From the IMG/VR virus record IMGVR_UViG_3300032242_002041, positions 124,001 to 188,000 of that record: a DNA stretch of 64,000 bases; one strand, given 5' to 3'. The notes beneath the pieces were generated by a model, which worked only from the letters and a program-made list of their open reading frames with translations, did no database searches and was not told where the DNA came from. Made by a program: the position numbers and the translations under genes. This document shows positions 43,452 to 52,283 of this stretch, in pieces. Numbering within the stretch: position 1 is the stretch's first letter; each line of letters opens with the position of its first letter.

Positions 43452-44165
43452 TTATTCTATATGTAATTGATCGTTTATGTTTTTAATGATTTGTAATTTG
43501 GCATCGGCATTTCGACTACCATGCCAATGAACGATTCTGGATTCCTCAAGACGGCAACCATTCCAATTATCGGTATAGTCCTTGGCATCTTGTGGCCCAG
43601 GCAACCAAGGTCCTTGATAGGCCATGTGTGGCATGCGAGCCTGTTCTATAGTTAGTCCTTGCTCCCACATCATTTTGTTCAGAATAACCTGTTCGGTATT
43701 CCATTCTTCCATGTCCCAATTTTCTGCCATGTTCAAACCAAAATTCCAAATGTCTTGACTCATTTCGGCTGGATAGTATCTAACATCGGCGTTGAAGAAA
43801 TGTGGTATGTCTTGGAACTGTCTTGGATCAGTGTAGTTGAACATACGGAATTCTTTGAAATGGCCAAAGAAATCGACCGGTGCAATGGCCTGCACGTCTA
43901 TGCCACAGTATAAAATATTACAAGGCTCACTGCGCCACAGATCGTAAATTTCAAAAAAGTTTTTACGGAATGTATCTCTAATGTTATCGGTTTCTTCGTT
44001 GTAAAAAACCAATTCCCAATCACCTTGAACAAAGCGTTTTAAACTTTTCAAAGTAATTTCGTGCATCTCCATATATTTGGAGTATATGTCACCTTCGTCA
44101 CTGCGATCCTTAAACCATTCTGGACTTTTAATTTTATGTAAACTGCGAACTAGATAATTTTTCAT
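43452..44165 (-). CDS. Putative GT-A nucleotide-diphospho-sugar transferase
   Basis: ILYCGID, NTEQVILN, IVHWHG; inside sugar operon. Confidence 0.55.
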   Translation of the reverse strand: MKNYLVRSLHKIKSPEWFKDRSDEGDIYSKYMEMHEITLKSLKRFVQGDWELVFYNEETDNIRDTFRKNFFEIYDLWRSEPCNILYCGIDVQAIAPVDFFGHFKEFRMFNYTDPRQFQDIPHFFNADVRYYPAEMSQDIWNFGLNMAENWDMEEWNTEQVILNKMMWEQGLTIEQARMPHMAYQGPWLPGPQDAKDYTDNWNGCRLEESRIVHWHGSRNADAKLQIIKNINDQLHIE

Positions 44166-45109
44166 TGTTGTAACCATTCTGTATGTTGAGAAGACCATTG
44201 AACAAATTGTTCAATGCCTGATGTGCCGGTATATTTAGGTTCAAATCCTGCGGCAAGTATTTTTTTGTTGCTGACGCTATACCTGGCACCGTGCCCTGGG
44301 CGATCTGCCGACTTTACTTCATACCGTAAATCTTGACCAAACAACTGACTGATATATTGAGCGGTGGTCAACAAAGGTTGCTCAGAGTCACCACCCAGGT
44401 TATAAGTATCTACAAATCCGTTCAATGGGCTATACAACAAGAACTGTATGGCTTGGGCACAATCTTCCACATGTAACCAAGCACGTTGATCGGTGTTGCC
44501 GTTGTGGTCTCCGTGTAAAGTTATGGTTTCTTGCTGTAATATAGAACGAACCACCAAACTAAAAAACTTGCCAGGCAATTGTCTGGCACCGTAGATATTT
44601 TGTGCTCGCAATATAGTACAAGGAATTTTATAACTTTGTGCCCAGGCCGATACCAACATTTCGCCTGCGGCTTTGGTGCCACTATAAGGACTACGACAAT
44701 TTAGTGGGTCTTGTTCGGTCCAAGAATCGTTGTTGACGTTTGGGCCATACACTTCTCCGCTGGAAACGTAAATGAATCTTTTTAAATTTTTACTGGTATG
44801 TGCGTATTCCAACATGTTGGCAGTCAAAACTACATTGTCCTCAACTGCCTTGAGTGGATCTTGTAACGTATCTCCTACCTGTGCATTGGCTGCACAATGC
44901 ACAATGTAATCAATTGCTATTGTTGTGGGAAGTTTTTGAACTAGGTCAACTCGGTCAGCAAAATCAGGATGGCTGTCAATGACCCACTGTAATCGTTTGC
45001 TGATGTTTCTAATGACGCATACAATGTGGTAGTCTGTTTCTTTTAAAAAATAATCCAGTGCATGATGCCCCAGGAATCCTGTAGCGCCGGTTAGCAATAG
45101 AGTTGTCAC
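44162..45109 (-). CDS. NAD-dependent epimerase/dehydratase
   Basis: GATGFLG, SSGEVYG, YSGTK; GTG start. Confidence 0.88.
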   Translation of the reverse strand: MTTLLLTGATGFLGHHALDYFLKETDYHIVCVIRNISKRLQWVIDSHPDFADRVDLVQKLPTTIAIDYIVHCAANAQVGDTLQDPLKAVEDNVVLTANMLEYAHTSKNLKRFIYVSSGEVYGPNVNNDSWTEQDPLNCRSPYSGTKAAGEMLVSAWAQSYKIPCTILRAQNIYGARQLPGKFFSLVVRSILQQETITLHGDHNGNTDQRAWLHVEDCAQAIQFLLYSPLNGFVDTYNLGGDSEQPLLTTAQYISQLFGQDLRYEVKSADRPGHGARYSVSNKKILAAGFEPKYTGTSGIEQFVQWSSQHTEWLQQ

Positions 45110-45627
45110 AGTGATTCCTGATCTACAAATTTGGGCCAAGCACGGTCTTTGTCACTGACTACCGCAGGTTCATGAAGCCAAGGCAGGCCAAGATCTGAAT
45201 CGTTCCAGACAATGCCTGTTTCTGCGGTTGGTGCATAGTAGCCATCCAAGTGATACTGTATAACAGTGTCTGGCTCCAAGGTCAATACACCATGATAGCA
45301 ACCGGGTGGAACTATTAACATACTAGGGTCTTGGTCAGTTAAAGTAAAACTAAAAATCTTACCGTAATTTGGACTATTTCGACGACCATCGACAAATATG
45401 TCCTGTATGGTACCTTTGATCACTGAGATAGCTTTACAAGTGCGATTGGGCTGGCGCTGTGCGTGTAGGCCTCTAAGCGTATATGCTTTTTTGGTATAAG
45501 AAGTGTTGGTCTGCAAAAAGTCGTTAGCAAATCCTGCATCGGCAAGACGTTGCTTGTTATAAGTTTCACTAAACCATCCGCGATTGTCATGAAACTTTGT
45601 TAGGTTTACTAGTAGGTGATCTTGCAT
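45106..45627 (-). CDS. rmlC: dTDP-4-dehydrorhamnose 3,5-epimerase
   Basis: FHDNRGWFSE, LRGLH, PPGCYHG, VSDKD. Confidence 0.9.
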   Translation of the reverse strand: MQDHLLVNLTKFHDNRGWFSETYNKQRLADAGFANDFLQTNTSYTKKAYTLRGLHAQRQPNRTCKAISVIKGTIQDIFVDGRRNSPNYGKIFSFTLTDQDPSMLIVPPGCYHGVLTLEPDTVIQYHLDGYYAPTAETGIVWNDSDLGLPWLHEPAVVSDKDRAWPKFVDQESL

Positions 45628-46667
45628 TAGATTTTAAGCCAGCGATCGTTTTTGAGTGTCCAAGTAACCATTTGTTTGATACGGGTGTCAAAATCATACT
45701 TGGGTTCCCAACCTAACCCTTTCATGTATTCGCCACTGAGACTGTAACGAAAATCGTTACCAGGACGCTCTGGATCGTGTCCTACCATGACATATTTTAA
45801 TTCTCGTCCTAGTAAGGTAGCAATTTTCTGGGCCACAACTAAATTACTAATTTCCAATTGACCAACAATGTTAAACTTGGGGCAAGTGGCACCGCCAAAG
45901 TCACTGGCCAGTGGAAAGCCCTTGTGTGGCAAGTCCATAATGAACATGGTGGCATCGGCTACATCTGCGGCATGCACCCAGTGGCGCAGTCCACTTTGAG
46001 TTCCTGTGGCTTCGTCACAGTAGATGACAACAGTTTCATCTGCCAATACCTTACGCACAACCAATGGAATAAACTTTTCTGGACTTTGACGCTCGCCAAA
46101 CACGTTCATGGTGTGCGTACAGTAGATAGGCATGCCAAAGGTGTTTTCGTAGGCAATGCACAATTCTTCACCGCCGGCCTTGGTGGCACTATAAGGACTG
46201 CGACTGTTGTAGCGATCCCACTCTTGGTACTCCACACCTTCGGGGGCATCTCCAAACACTTCGTCTGTACCAAAATATATAAACTTTTCTAATTTGGGCA
46301 AATAATGTCTAGCGTAGTCCAACAGGTTACAGGTTCCTACCACGTTGTCTTGCACAAACATCATAGGGTTTTCGATCGAACGAGTAACGTGGCTACCTGC
46401 GGCCATGTGAATGATAAAATCAACAGGACCAATTTGATGTGCCAACTGTGGGTTAATTTCGGCACGTAAATCATGATAAATGAACTTTAGGCGGCTCATG
46501 GCATCTGTGCCAAACTCTTGACTCAATTCATACAGTCGATTTAGATTGCCTGAAAAGTCCAAACGATCTAGACAGGTAATTTCATATTCTTCGTGTTTGA
46601 GCAAGCGACGAATCATATGGTGCCCAATGAATCCTGCACCACCGGTTACTAATACAGTTTTTTTCAT
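45627..46667 (-). CDS. rmlB: dTDP-glucose 4,6-dehydratase-like
   Basis: GGAGFIG, AAGSHV, TDEVFG, PYSATK, EKFIP, RPGNDFRY. Confidence 0.88.
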   Translation of the reverse strand: MKKTVLVTGGAGFIGHHMIRRLLKHEEYEITCLDRLDFSGNLNRLYELSQEFGTDAMSRLKFIYHDLRAEINPQLAHQIGPVDFIIHMAAGSHVTRSIENPMMFVQDNVVGTCNLLDYARHYLPKLEKFIYFGTDEVFGDAPEGVEYQEWDRYNSRSPYSATKAGGEELCIAYENTFGMPIYCTHTMNVFGERQSPEKFIPLVVRKVLADETVVIYCDEATGTQSGLRHWVHAADVADATMFIMDLPHKGFPLASDFGGATCPKFNIVGQLEISNLVVAQKIATLLGRELKYVMVGHDPERPGNDFRYSLSGEYMKGLGWEPKYDFDTRIKQMVTWTLKNDRWLKI

Positions 46668-47488
46668 CGTTGAGTTCTTATTTCAAATTGTTGCATTTGG
46701 CCATTTACATCGTTTTCTCGTAGCACTTGCCAAGGATCTTGTTTACCAGATTTGACATTGTCCCAGAATGTAGGATTTAATCCTTGACTTTTTAAATACT
46801 CATTGAGTTTGTCGCATTCCTTGAATCGTATCTGTGATGTTGGAGGGTAGTGAAAATCTCTAGGATTGCTAGGATTACCTTCTAATAACTCACGTTCTTT
46901 ATAAGTAGCATCTAAGTTATTACCAGTGAGGTCGGCACGATCGTGCAGGACATCGACTTCAATACGCTGATAAATGTCTACACAATATGCATTTTGACTT
47001 AACCAAGCATCGTTCATACTATGTAAACTCAAATGACCGATTACATCTAGCCAGGCCCTGGGCACAATGGGAAATATACTGTAGGGATGATCGTTGTGAG
47101 TATGAACTGCCAGGAGTTTAAACTGGCCGGTGTACTTGCAAATTTCAGTATCCCAGCCTTGTGTTTCCATTACAGCATCATCGTTCCAGAAAAACATCCA
47201 ATCTGCTGAACTAGCGTGTGCCAAGGTGTTTACATAATCGTGTAATCGACTATACCCCATTGGGTCAAAACTCATGGCAGTATAATGCACTCCCATGTCA
47301 TCCAATTTGGGCTGTAGTTTTTCTTGAAAATGTTCAATACCGACAGTATCATCGGTATCTAGTCCTAACAAAACCTGTATACTATCTAGGTCTGTGGTTA
47401 ATTCTAGCAACCCAACAAGGCTACGATCCAATGCCGCTGTGCGGCCTCGTGTGGGTAATAATATGGCTATTTTGTATTCGTTTGTCAT
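46664..47488 (-). CDS. GT2-family glycosyltransferase
   Basis: ILLPTRGR, FFWNDD; TATAAATA at 47497-47504. Confidence 0.8.
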   Translation of the reverse strand: MTNEYKIAILLPTRGRTAALDRSLVGLLELTTDLDSIQVLLGLDTDDTVGIEHFQEKLQPKLDDMGVHYTAMSFDPMGYSRLHDYVNTLAHASSADWMFFWNDDAVMETQGWDTEICKYTGQFKLLAVHTHNDHPYSIFPIVPRAWLDVIGHLSLHSMNDAWLSQNAYCVDIYQRIEVDVLHDRADLTGNNLDATYKERELLEGNPSNPRDFHYPPTSQIRFKECDKLNEYLKSQGLNPTFWDNVKSGKQDPWQVLRENDVNGQMQQFEIRTQR

Positions 47489-47534
47489 CGTGCGAATATT
47501 TATATGCGTATATTATTAGGCAAATAAATCTTCA

Positions 47535-48050
47535 TTAGTCTTCGTAAGTAGCTGAATTAGCACCATGTTCAAACACTTCTACAGATTTAATCCTAACTGT
47601 TGGATTGATCGGATAACGCATGTCGCCACTAGCCAACAGTTCAGCCATTTTGTTATAGGCCAGTTTGGCAAACATTTCACAGCCTACTCCGGGCACAATG
47701 CGCAGATCACACAAGGCACCGCGTTCATACGGCAACTTGCTTAGATGATTTTTGCTGTCAACATTTACAATTTCGTTCATGTGTTTGAAAAAATCTAACA
47801 TTGGATCGTCTTCGGCCACGACCAAAGTATGATCAAACATATAGTCTGCCCATGCTTTGAATTCTTTCAAACCACCAAAGTCCATACACCAGTTTTTGTC
47901 ATCTAGTGTATCACATTCAAAGATTAATTTGATACCAATTGAGTATCCGTGAAGTGTTGAGCAGTGACTATGAGTCGCTCTCCACTGTCTAAAACAGCAT
48001 GAAAGTCCGCGATCGTTGCCGTAAGTTTTTGTTGAATAGTACTTTGCCAT
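47535..48050 (-). CDS. queD: 6-carboxy-5,6,7,8-tetrahydropterin synthase
   Basis: CSTLHGY, MDFGGLKEFK, FDHT, FEHGANSA. Confidence 0.88.
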   Translation of the reverse strand: MAKYYSTKTYGNDRGLSCCFRQWRATHSHCSTLHGYSIGIKLIFECDTLDDKNWCMDFGGLKEFKAWADYMFDHTLVVAEDDPMLDFFKHMNEIVNVDSKNHLSKLPYERGALCDLRIVPGVGCEMFAKLAYNKMAELLASGDMRYPINPTVRIKSVEVFEHGANSATYED

Positions 48051-48054
48051 TTGT

Positions 48055-48133
48055 TTCTCCTATGTTAGATTATAGCATAGGCGGCAGAGTTTGTAAAGCG
48101 GGAGTGACGCCAAGACCGCTGTGAATCTATTTA
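48055..48133 (-). promoter_or_regulatory. queD leader: preQ1-I-like pseudoknot, anti-SD hairpin and overlapping promoters
   Basis: TAAATA 48128-48133; P1 AGCGG/CCGCT; TTTACA-17-TATAAT (48069-48097); CCTATG/CATAGG hairpin covers the SD. Confidence 0.55.
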
Positions 48134-48288
48134 TTATCGCTGTTTGGTGCTTCTGGTTTTGTTGATGGCATTACCTTATCTATAGCAGGATTGATATAGG
48201 GTTCTACCACAGTTTTTTGGGCAGTGCCCCAACCAATGGCAGAGAAGAAGCCAATTACTATCCAGGTTCCAATCAATTCAATGATCAT
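48127..48288 (-). CDS. Small membrane protein (53 aa)
   Basis: Manual translation MIIELIGTWIVIGFFSAIGWGTAQKTVVEPYINPAIDKVMPSTKPEAPNSDNK. Confidence 0.65.
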   Translation of the reverse strand: MIIELIGTWIVIGFFSAIGWGTAQKTVVEPYINPAIDKVMPSTKPEAPNSDNK

Positions 48289-48653
48289 TTTTTATAATTA
48301 CCTTTACCCGGTATTGTATTTCGTACACCGCCCACCGGATCCTCGACATCACCCGTTCTGCGTGGAATAAGATGAATATGGGGATACATAACAGTCTGTC
48401 CAGCAGCCGTGCCACTGTTATACCCAATGTTGAAACCATCGCATTCTCCTTGTTCAACCATGTGATTACCATCGGCTAGTGCTTGTTCCATGGCCTGCAC
48501 AATCCAATTTGGATTGTCATGTTTGGGAACATATAATCTATGACCCGGAGTACACGGATACCGGTCTAGGAATACTGCAACCAATGGACGTTCTTTGATC
48601 TTTTCAGTCCATGGTGCTATTCCGGCTTGTTGTGCTTCTAGTAGTGTTGTCAT
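48285..48653 (-). CDS. HIT-family nucleotide hydrolase
   Basis: AGQTVMYPHIHLIPR histidine triad. Confidence 0.9.
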   Translation of the reverse strand: MTTLLEAQQAGIAPWTEKIKERPLVAVFLDRYPCTPGHRLYVPKHDNPNWIVQAMEQALADGNHMVEQGECDGFNIGYNSGTAAGQTVMYPHIHLIPRRTGDVEDPVGGVRNTIPGKGNYKK

Positions 48654-48654
48654 T

Positions 48655-51306
48655 TTAATCTATCCAAAATCTAAGTTCGTGCATTAGTCGATATTGATTC
48701 TGCTGGGTTCCCATAACACTGAAACGATACATGGTCTTTTTATCAATCATGTTAGTGTATAATGCTCTAACATACGCTGTAGTTTGATTCTGTATTGCTA
48801 GTTTTTTGTTAGTGTACACTATATTGCCGCTGTTGTCAACACCAGTCGGCATCTTTGCCTCCACATTGCCTGATAATACCACAGGCTTGACACCAGCATA
48901 TACTCCAAGATCACCAAACTGATCTTCGGTATAACGATATCCGGTTTCAGCCCAAGCACCGACTATGTTATTAACCTTGGTTATTAATCCTGGAGTAATG
49001 TTGGTTGTAACGTGCATCAAGCTGGCCTGTGTGCTAAAGCCACCATCTCGGTAAGTGGCCACATTGTCTAGGATGCCTGAATTGGTAACAGTGCCCCAAG
49101 CACCACCAAACGCCATCCAGGGATTGGTGTTTAGGTTGGTAAACTGAGCACCATAGGTAAACTTACCGTTTTTATAAATTTCTGGAATACCTACAGAGTA
49201 TTGTGTGGGCTTTTGTAGCATTCCAGGTCCTTGATCGTTACCAAAAAATGCATTACGATTTTCTGTAGCAACACGCATATTGCCATAGGTTACTGGTGTG
49301 CCATTAACCAGATATTCTGCGTGGCTAGTTAAATTGTATTGATCAGTGTGTTCAGTGTTATAACCAAAACTATTCATGCCTGACACATTCATAAATTTAA
49401 GGTTGGTTGTAAACCCACGACCTACACTGTCAGTGACCAATGTATCGCTATCATCAAGCCCTAGACCCATTACGTATCCACGTATTGGTGCAAATCCTTT
49501 GCCACCACTTAGTGGTATTGACATATCGCCCACGGGCTGAAATACTTTAGTCGTGTCTAGTAAATTAAAACCAAAATAGTTAGTTGAGCTGGCTGCCAGC
49601 ACGGTGTTGACTTGTGCATTACTCATCCACGGCCATACCTGTTTAATCGCCGTAACAGTTGCCTGAGTAGTGGTACTGGCCGTGTCTCCTAATTTGCTGA
49701 GATAGATAGCTTTTTGTTGTGTACCATTGCCGCTATAACTGATTGCTGTAGCAAGATACATGCTATTATCTGGCCCTTTAACAAACACAATACCATTGGC
49801 ACCGCCGGCTGCACTGGCATTAATTGCCTTTTCAAGAGCCACCGATTGTCCTACAAAAGCATCAATGATGGCGGCATAGCTGGCCACATATTTGTTTTCT
49901 TTAGTGTGTATTAATACTTGTGCGCCGGTAGTACTTCCCCAACCAGTTGCGGCTAATACGATGTCAGTTAACCCGTCGCCGTTAACGTCTACAAGTTTAG
50001 GATTATAGTTTGCAGAAGTTTTAGTATCATACCCAACCAGGGTAGTATCAGTAACATCTATAAATGTGCCACCACCTTTGTTTTTTAAGAATTGTATCTC
50101 ACTGAAGTCAGGCCATGCTCCATTAGTAAACCAAGGTCTACTAAAAATAACAGCACTAGTTAATCCAGAGTTGTCAAAGTCAAACGCTAACGCTCTATAA
50201 TCGGTCGCTCCGCTAAAACCGTAACTATCCCATTTAGGTAAAAAGAATCTTGAGCCTGGCAAAGTACTGATCTTGGTTATTTCAAAGTCTAGTGTGCCGC
50301 GATTGGTGTCGGTCATAGCCCAGCTATATAAATTTGTGCTACAAGTTTTGCAACTAGTTACTCCAGAGTCTGTTAGAATAACCGTACTAGTGCCGTTGCC
50401 CATAAAATCAGCAATAGCTACTGAAGCAGCAGATCCACCATAATCCAGCCCCGACACAGTATGAGCAACAAAATTATTAGTACGCGAACCAAATACAACC
50501 TTACTACCTGTTGTAAAGATATCGTCAATGCCATCACCGTTGATGTCGTAGACTGCACTGTCATGACCATTAATACCGAGTCCTAAATCAACTCTAGTAA
50601 AACTTGAACCGTTATTAAGAAATAACCAACCAGATCCAATATTAGCACCATTATCTGTATTTGGTGAAACGTACATACTTTTTCTTCCACTACCATTAAA
50701 GTCACCAAACTTTACACTAGGTTCTGTACCTAAAATTACATTATCCGTTCCTGTGAACCATTTACTAGTTTTGTTTACTAACTGACCGTTTTCCCAATCA
50801 AAAATGTTCAAATTATATGTAGGATAACTACCGCCATTGGTTGTACCAGAGCGACCTGCTGTAACAAGTTGTTGACCCGTTCCGGCAAGATTTTCAGCGT
50901 ATAATGCACTTGAATCGTATTCGTACACTGCACTATTAATCGGAGTAACTGATCCAACACGAACCGGCGTGGCATATGGAACATAGGTATTTGTGGGTGT
51001 AGTGGTTGTGGGTGTAGTAGTGGGTGTAGTGGTTGTGGGTGTAGTGGTTGTAGTGGGTGCGGTAGTGGGTGTAGTGGTTGTAGTGGTTGTGGGTGTAGTA
51101 GTGGGTGTAGTGGTTGTGGGTGTAGTAGTGGGTGTAGTAGTAGGTGTGGTGGTTGTGGGTGTAGTAGTGGGTGTAGTAGTAGGTGTGGTAGGACCTGTAC
51201 CTTGGGTAGGGGGCGCAGATGTACCTGGATTGTTTGCGCCTCCACCGCCGCCAGCACAAGCTACTAATTGTAGTACTACTGTTGCTAAAAGCAAAATCCG
51301 TTTCAT
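48655..51306 (-). CDS. Large lipoprotein: Thr/Pro linker + FG-GAP/VCBS repeats + probable C-terminal beta-barrel
   Basis: Lipobox LVAC; GDFNGSG, DINGDGIDD, DVNGDGLTD repeats; beta-rich C-terminus. Confidence 0.75.
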   Translation of the reverse strand: MKRILLLATVVLQLVACAGGGGGANNPGTSAPPTQGTGPTTPTTTPTTTPTTTTPTTTPTTTPTTTTPTTTPTTTTTTTPTTAPTTTTTPTTTTPTTTPTTTTPTNTYVPYATPVRVGSVTPINSAVYEYDSSALYAENLAGTGQQLVTAGRSGTTNGGSYPTYNLNIFDWENGQLVNKTSKWFTGTDNVILGTEPSVKFGDFNGSGRKSMYVSPNTDNGANIGSGWLFLNNGSSFTRVDLGLGINGHDSAVYDINGDGIDDIFTTGSKVVFGSRTNNFVAHTVSGLDYGGSAASVAIADFMGNGTSTVILTDSGVTSCKTCSTNLYSWAMTDTNRGTLDFEITKISTLPGSRFFLPKWDSYGFSGATDYRALAFDFDNSGLTSAVIFSRPWFTNGAWPDFSEIQFLKNKGGGTFIDVTDTTLVGYDTKTSANYNPKLVDVNGDGLTDIVLAATGWGSTTGAQVLIHTKENKYVASYAAIIDAFVGQSVALEKAINASAAGGANGIVFVKGPDNSMYLATAISYSGNGTQQKAIYLSKLGDTASTTTQATVTAIKQVWPWMSNAQVNTVLAASSTNYFGFNLLDTTKVFQPVGDMSIPLSGGKGFAPIRGYVMGLGLDDSDTLVTDSVGRGFTTNLKFMNVSGMNSFGYNTEHTDQYNLTSHAEYLVNGTPVTYGNMRVATENRNAFFGNDQGPGMLQKPTQYSVGIPEIYKNGKFTYGAQFTNLNTNPWMAFGGAWGTVTNSGILDNVATYRDGGFSTQASLMHVTTNITPGLITKVNNIVGAWAETGYRYTEDQFGDLGVYAGVKPVVLSGNVEAKMPTGVDNSGNIVYTNKKLAIQNQTTAYVRALYTNMIDKKTMYRFSVMGTQQNQYRLMHELRFWID
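50995..51195 (-). repeat. Coding tandem repeat (PTTT/PTTTT)n
   Basis: Imperfect 12-15 nt units such as CCCACAACCACTACA and CCCACTACTACA. Confidence 0.9.
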
Positions 51307-51337
51307 TGTATAACCTAGATTAATTAACAATACTAGT

Positions 51338-51366
51338 ATTATACAAGAAACGGATTTTCAGGTCAA
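51338..51366 (-). promoter_or_regulatory. Sigma70-type promoter
   Basis: TTGACC-17-TATAAT. Confidence 0.85.
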
Positions 51367-51396
51367 ACGGTAAATCTGTAGCTTTTTTACAACGGT

Positions 51397-52203
51397 TTAT
51401 CTAGGCGCAAAGTCCTGTTGTAGTTTAATATTATCCATAAATTCTTTTTTAGTTCCAGGATCTGTATTAAACGCACCTTTAAGTACTGTAGTCTGTGTTA
51501 GACTACTGTGCGCCATAATGCCTCGGTTTTCGCAACAACCGTGTGTAGCTTGAATATAAACTCCAACATTCTCACTGTCGGTTGCCCGCATTATTTCTCT
51601 CGCGATGTCATTGCATAGCTCTTCTTGCAAAGTACCACGCCTAGCGCACCACTGAGCTATCCTAGTATATTTGCTAAGACCAATGAGTTTATTTGCGGCA
51701 ATAATACCAATATAAGCAACACCACTGACAGGTTGATGGTGATGACTACACATGCTACGGAGCTCACTACGAACCACAAGCATACCTTCGTAACGATCCG
51801 CTGAGTCATTTGGAAAAGCTGTTGCATCTGGTGCTGGATCATATCGACCTCCCATAATTTCGTTATAATACATTTTAGCTAGACGTCTAGCGGTACCTTT
51901 ACTGTTAGGATCATTTTCACGATCAATTAATAGTGTGTCCAGTACCTGTTCAAATGCCACCGTGGCTTCATTGATTAGTTGTTCTTTATCACCTTCATGT
52001 AAATAATCACTGATATTATCGCCTGCCCAGAAACGCTTCTTATCACGTTTCATCTTAAAGCGGATAGCATCGGCTAAATTTGCTTCTTTATAGCCCTTAT
52101 CGTCCATGCCAACATCTTCATAGCCTGGGTGATACGGTGCTTCTTCTACTAATTTAGAATTAGCCAATGCGTTTTTTAAGTCTTCTGATGTAAATGTTGT
52201 CAA
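51397..52203 (-). CDS. folE: GTP cyclohydrolase I
   Basis: DPNSKGTARR, SMCSHH, GLSK, LQEEL, HGCCENRG; TTG start. Confidence 0.95.
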   Translation of the reverse strand: MTTFTSEDLKNALANSKLVEEAPYHPGYEDVGMDDKGYKEANLADAIRFKMKRDKKRFWAGDNISDYLHEGDKEQLINEATVAFEQVLDTLLIDRENDPNSKGTARRLAKMYYNEIMGGRYDPAPDATAFPNDSADRYEGMLVVRSELRSMCSHHHQPVSGVAYIGIIAANKLIGLSKYTRIAQWCARRGTLQEELCNDIAREIMRATDSENVGVYIQATHGCCENRGIMAHSSLTQTTVLKGAFNTDPGTKKEFMDNIKLQQDFAPR

Positions 52204-52211
52204 TTCTTTTT

Positions 52212-52279
52212 CTCCGAGTTATAGGGTCGTGGATGACCAGTCTTGTTACTATTGTAACAGTTATTTAGACCGTTGTCTA
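52212..52279 (-). promoter_or_regulatory. folE promoter and preQ1-I-like leader pseudoknot
   Basis: TAGACA-17-TACAAT with nested TAAATA; GGTC-ATCCAC-GACC-CTATAACTC-GGAG. Confidence 0.55.
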
Positions 52280-52283
52280 CAAG

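Noticed and set aside
50808-51313. His/Tyr-, Pro/Leu- and Val/Gly-rich ORFs and an apparent repeat array
   Set aside because: These are alternative-frame and antisense shadows of the (PTTT)n coding repeat; there is no repeat-spacer structure, so it is not CRISPR.
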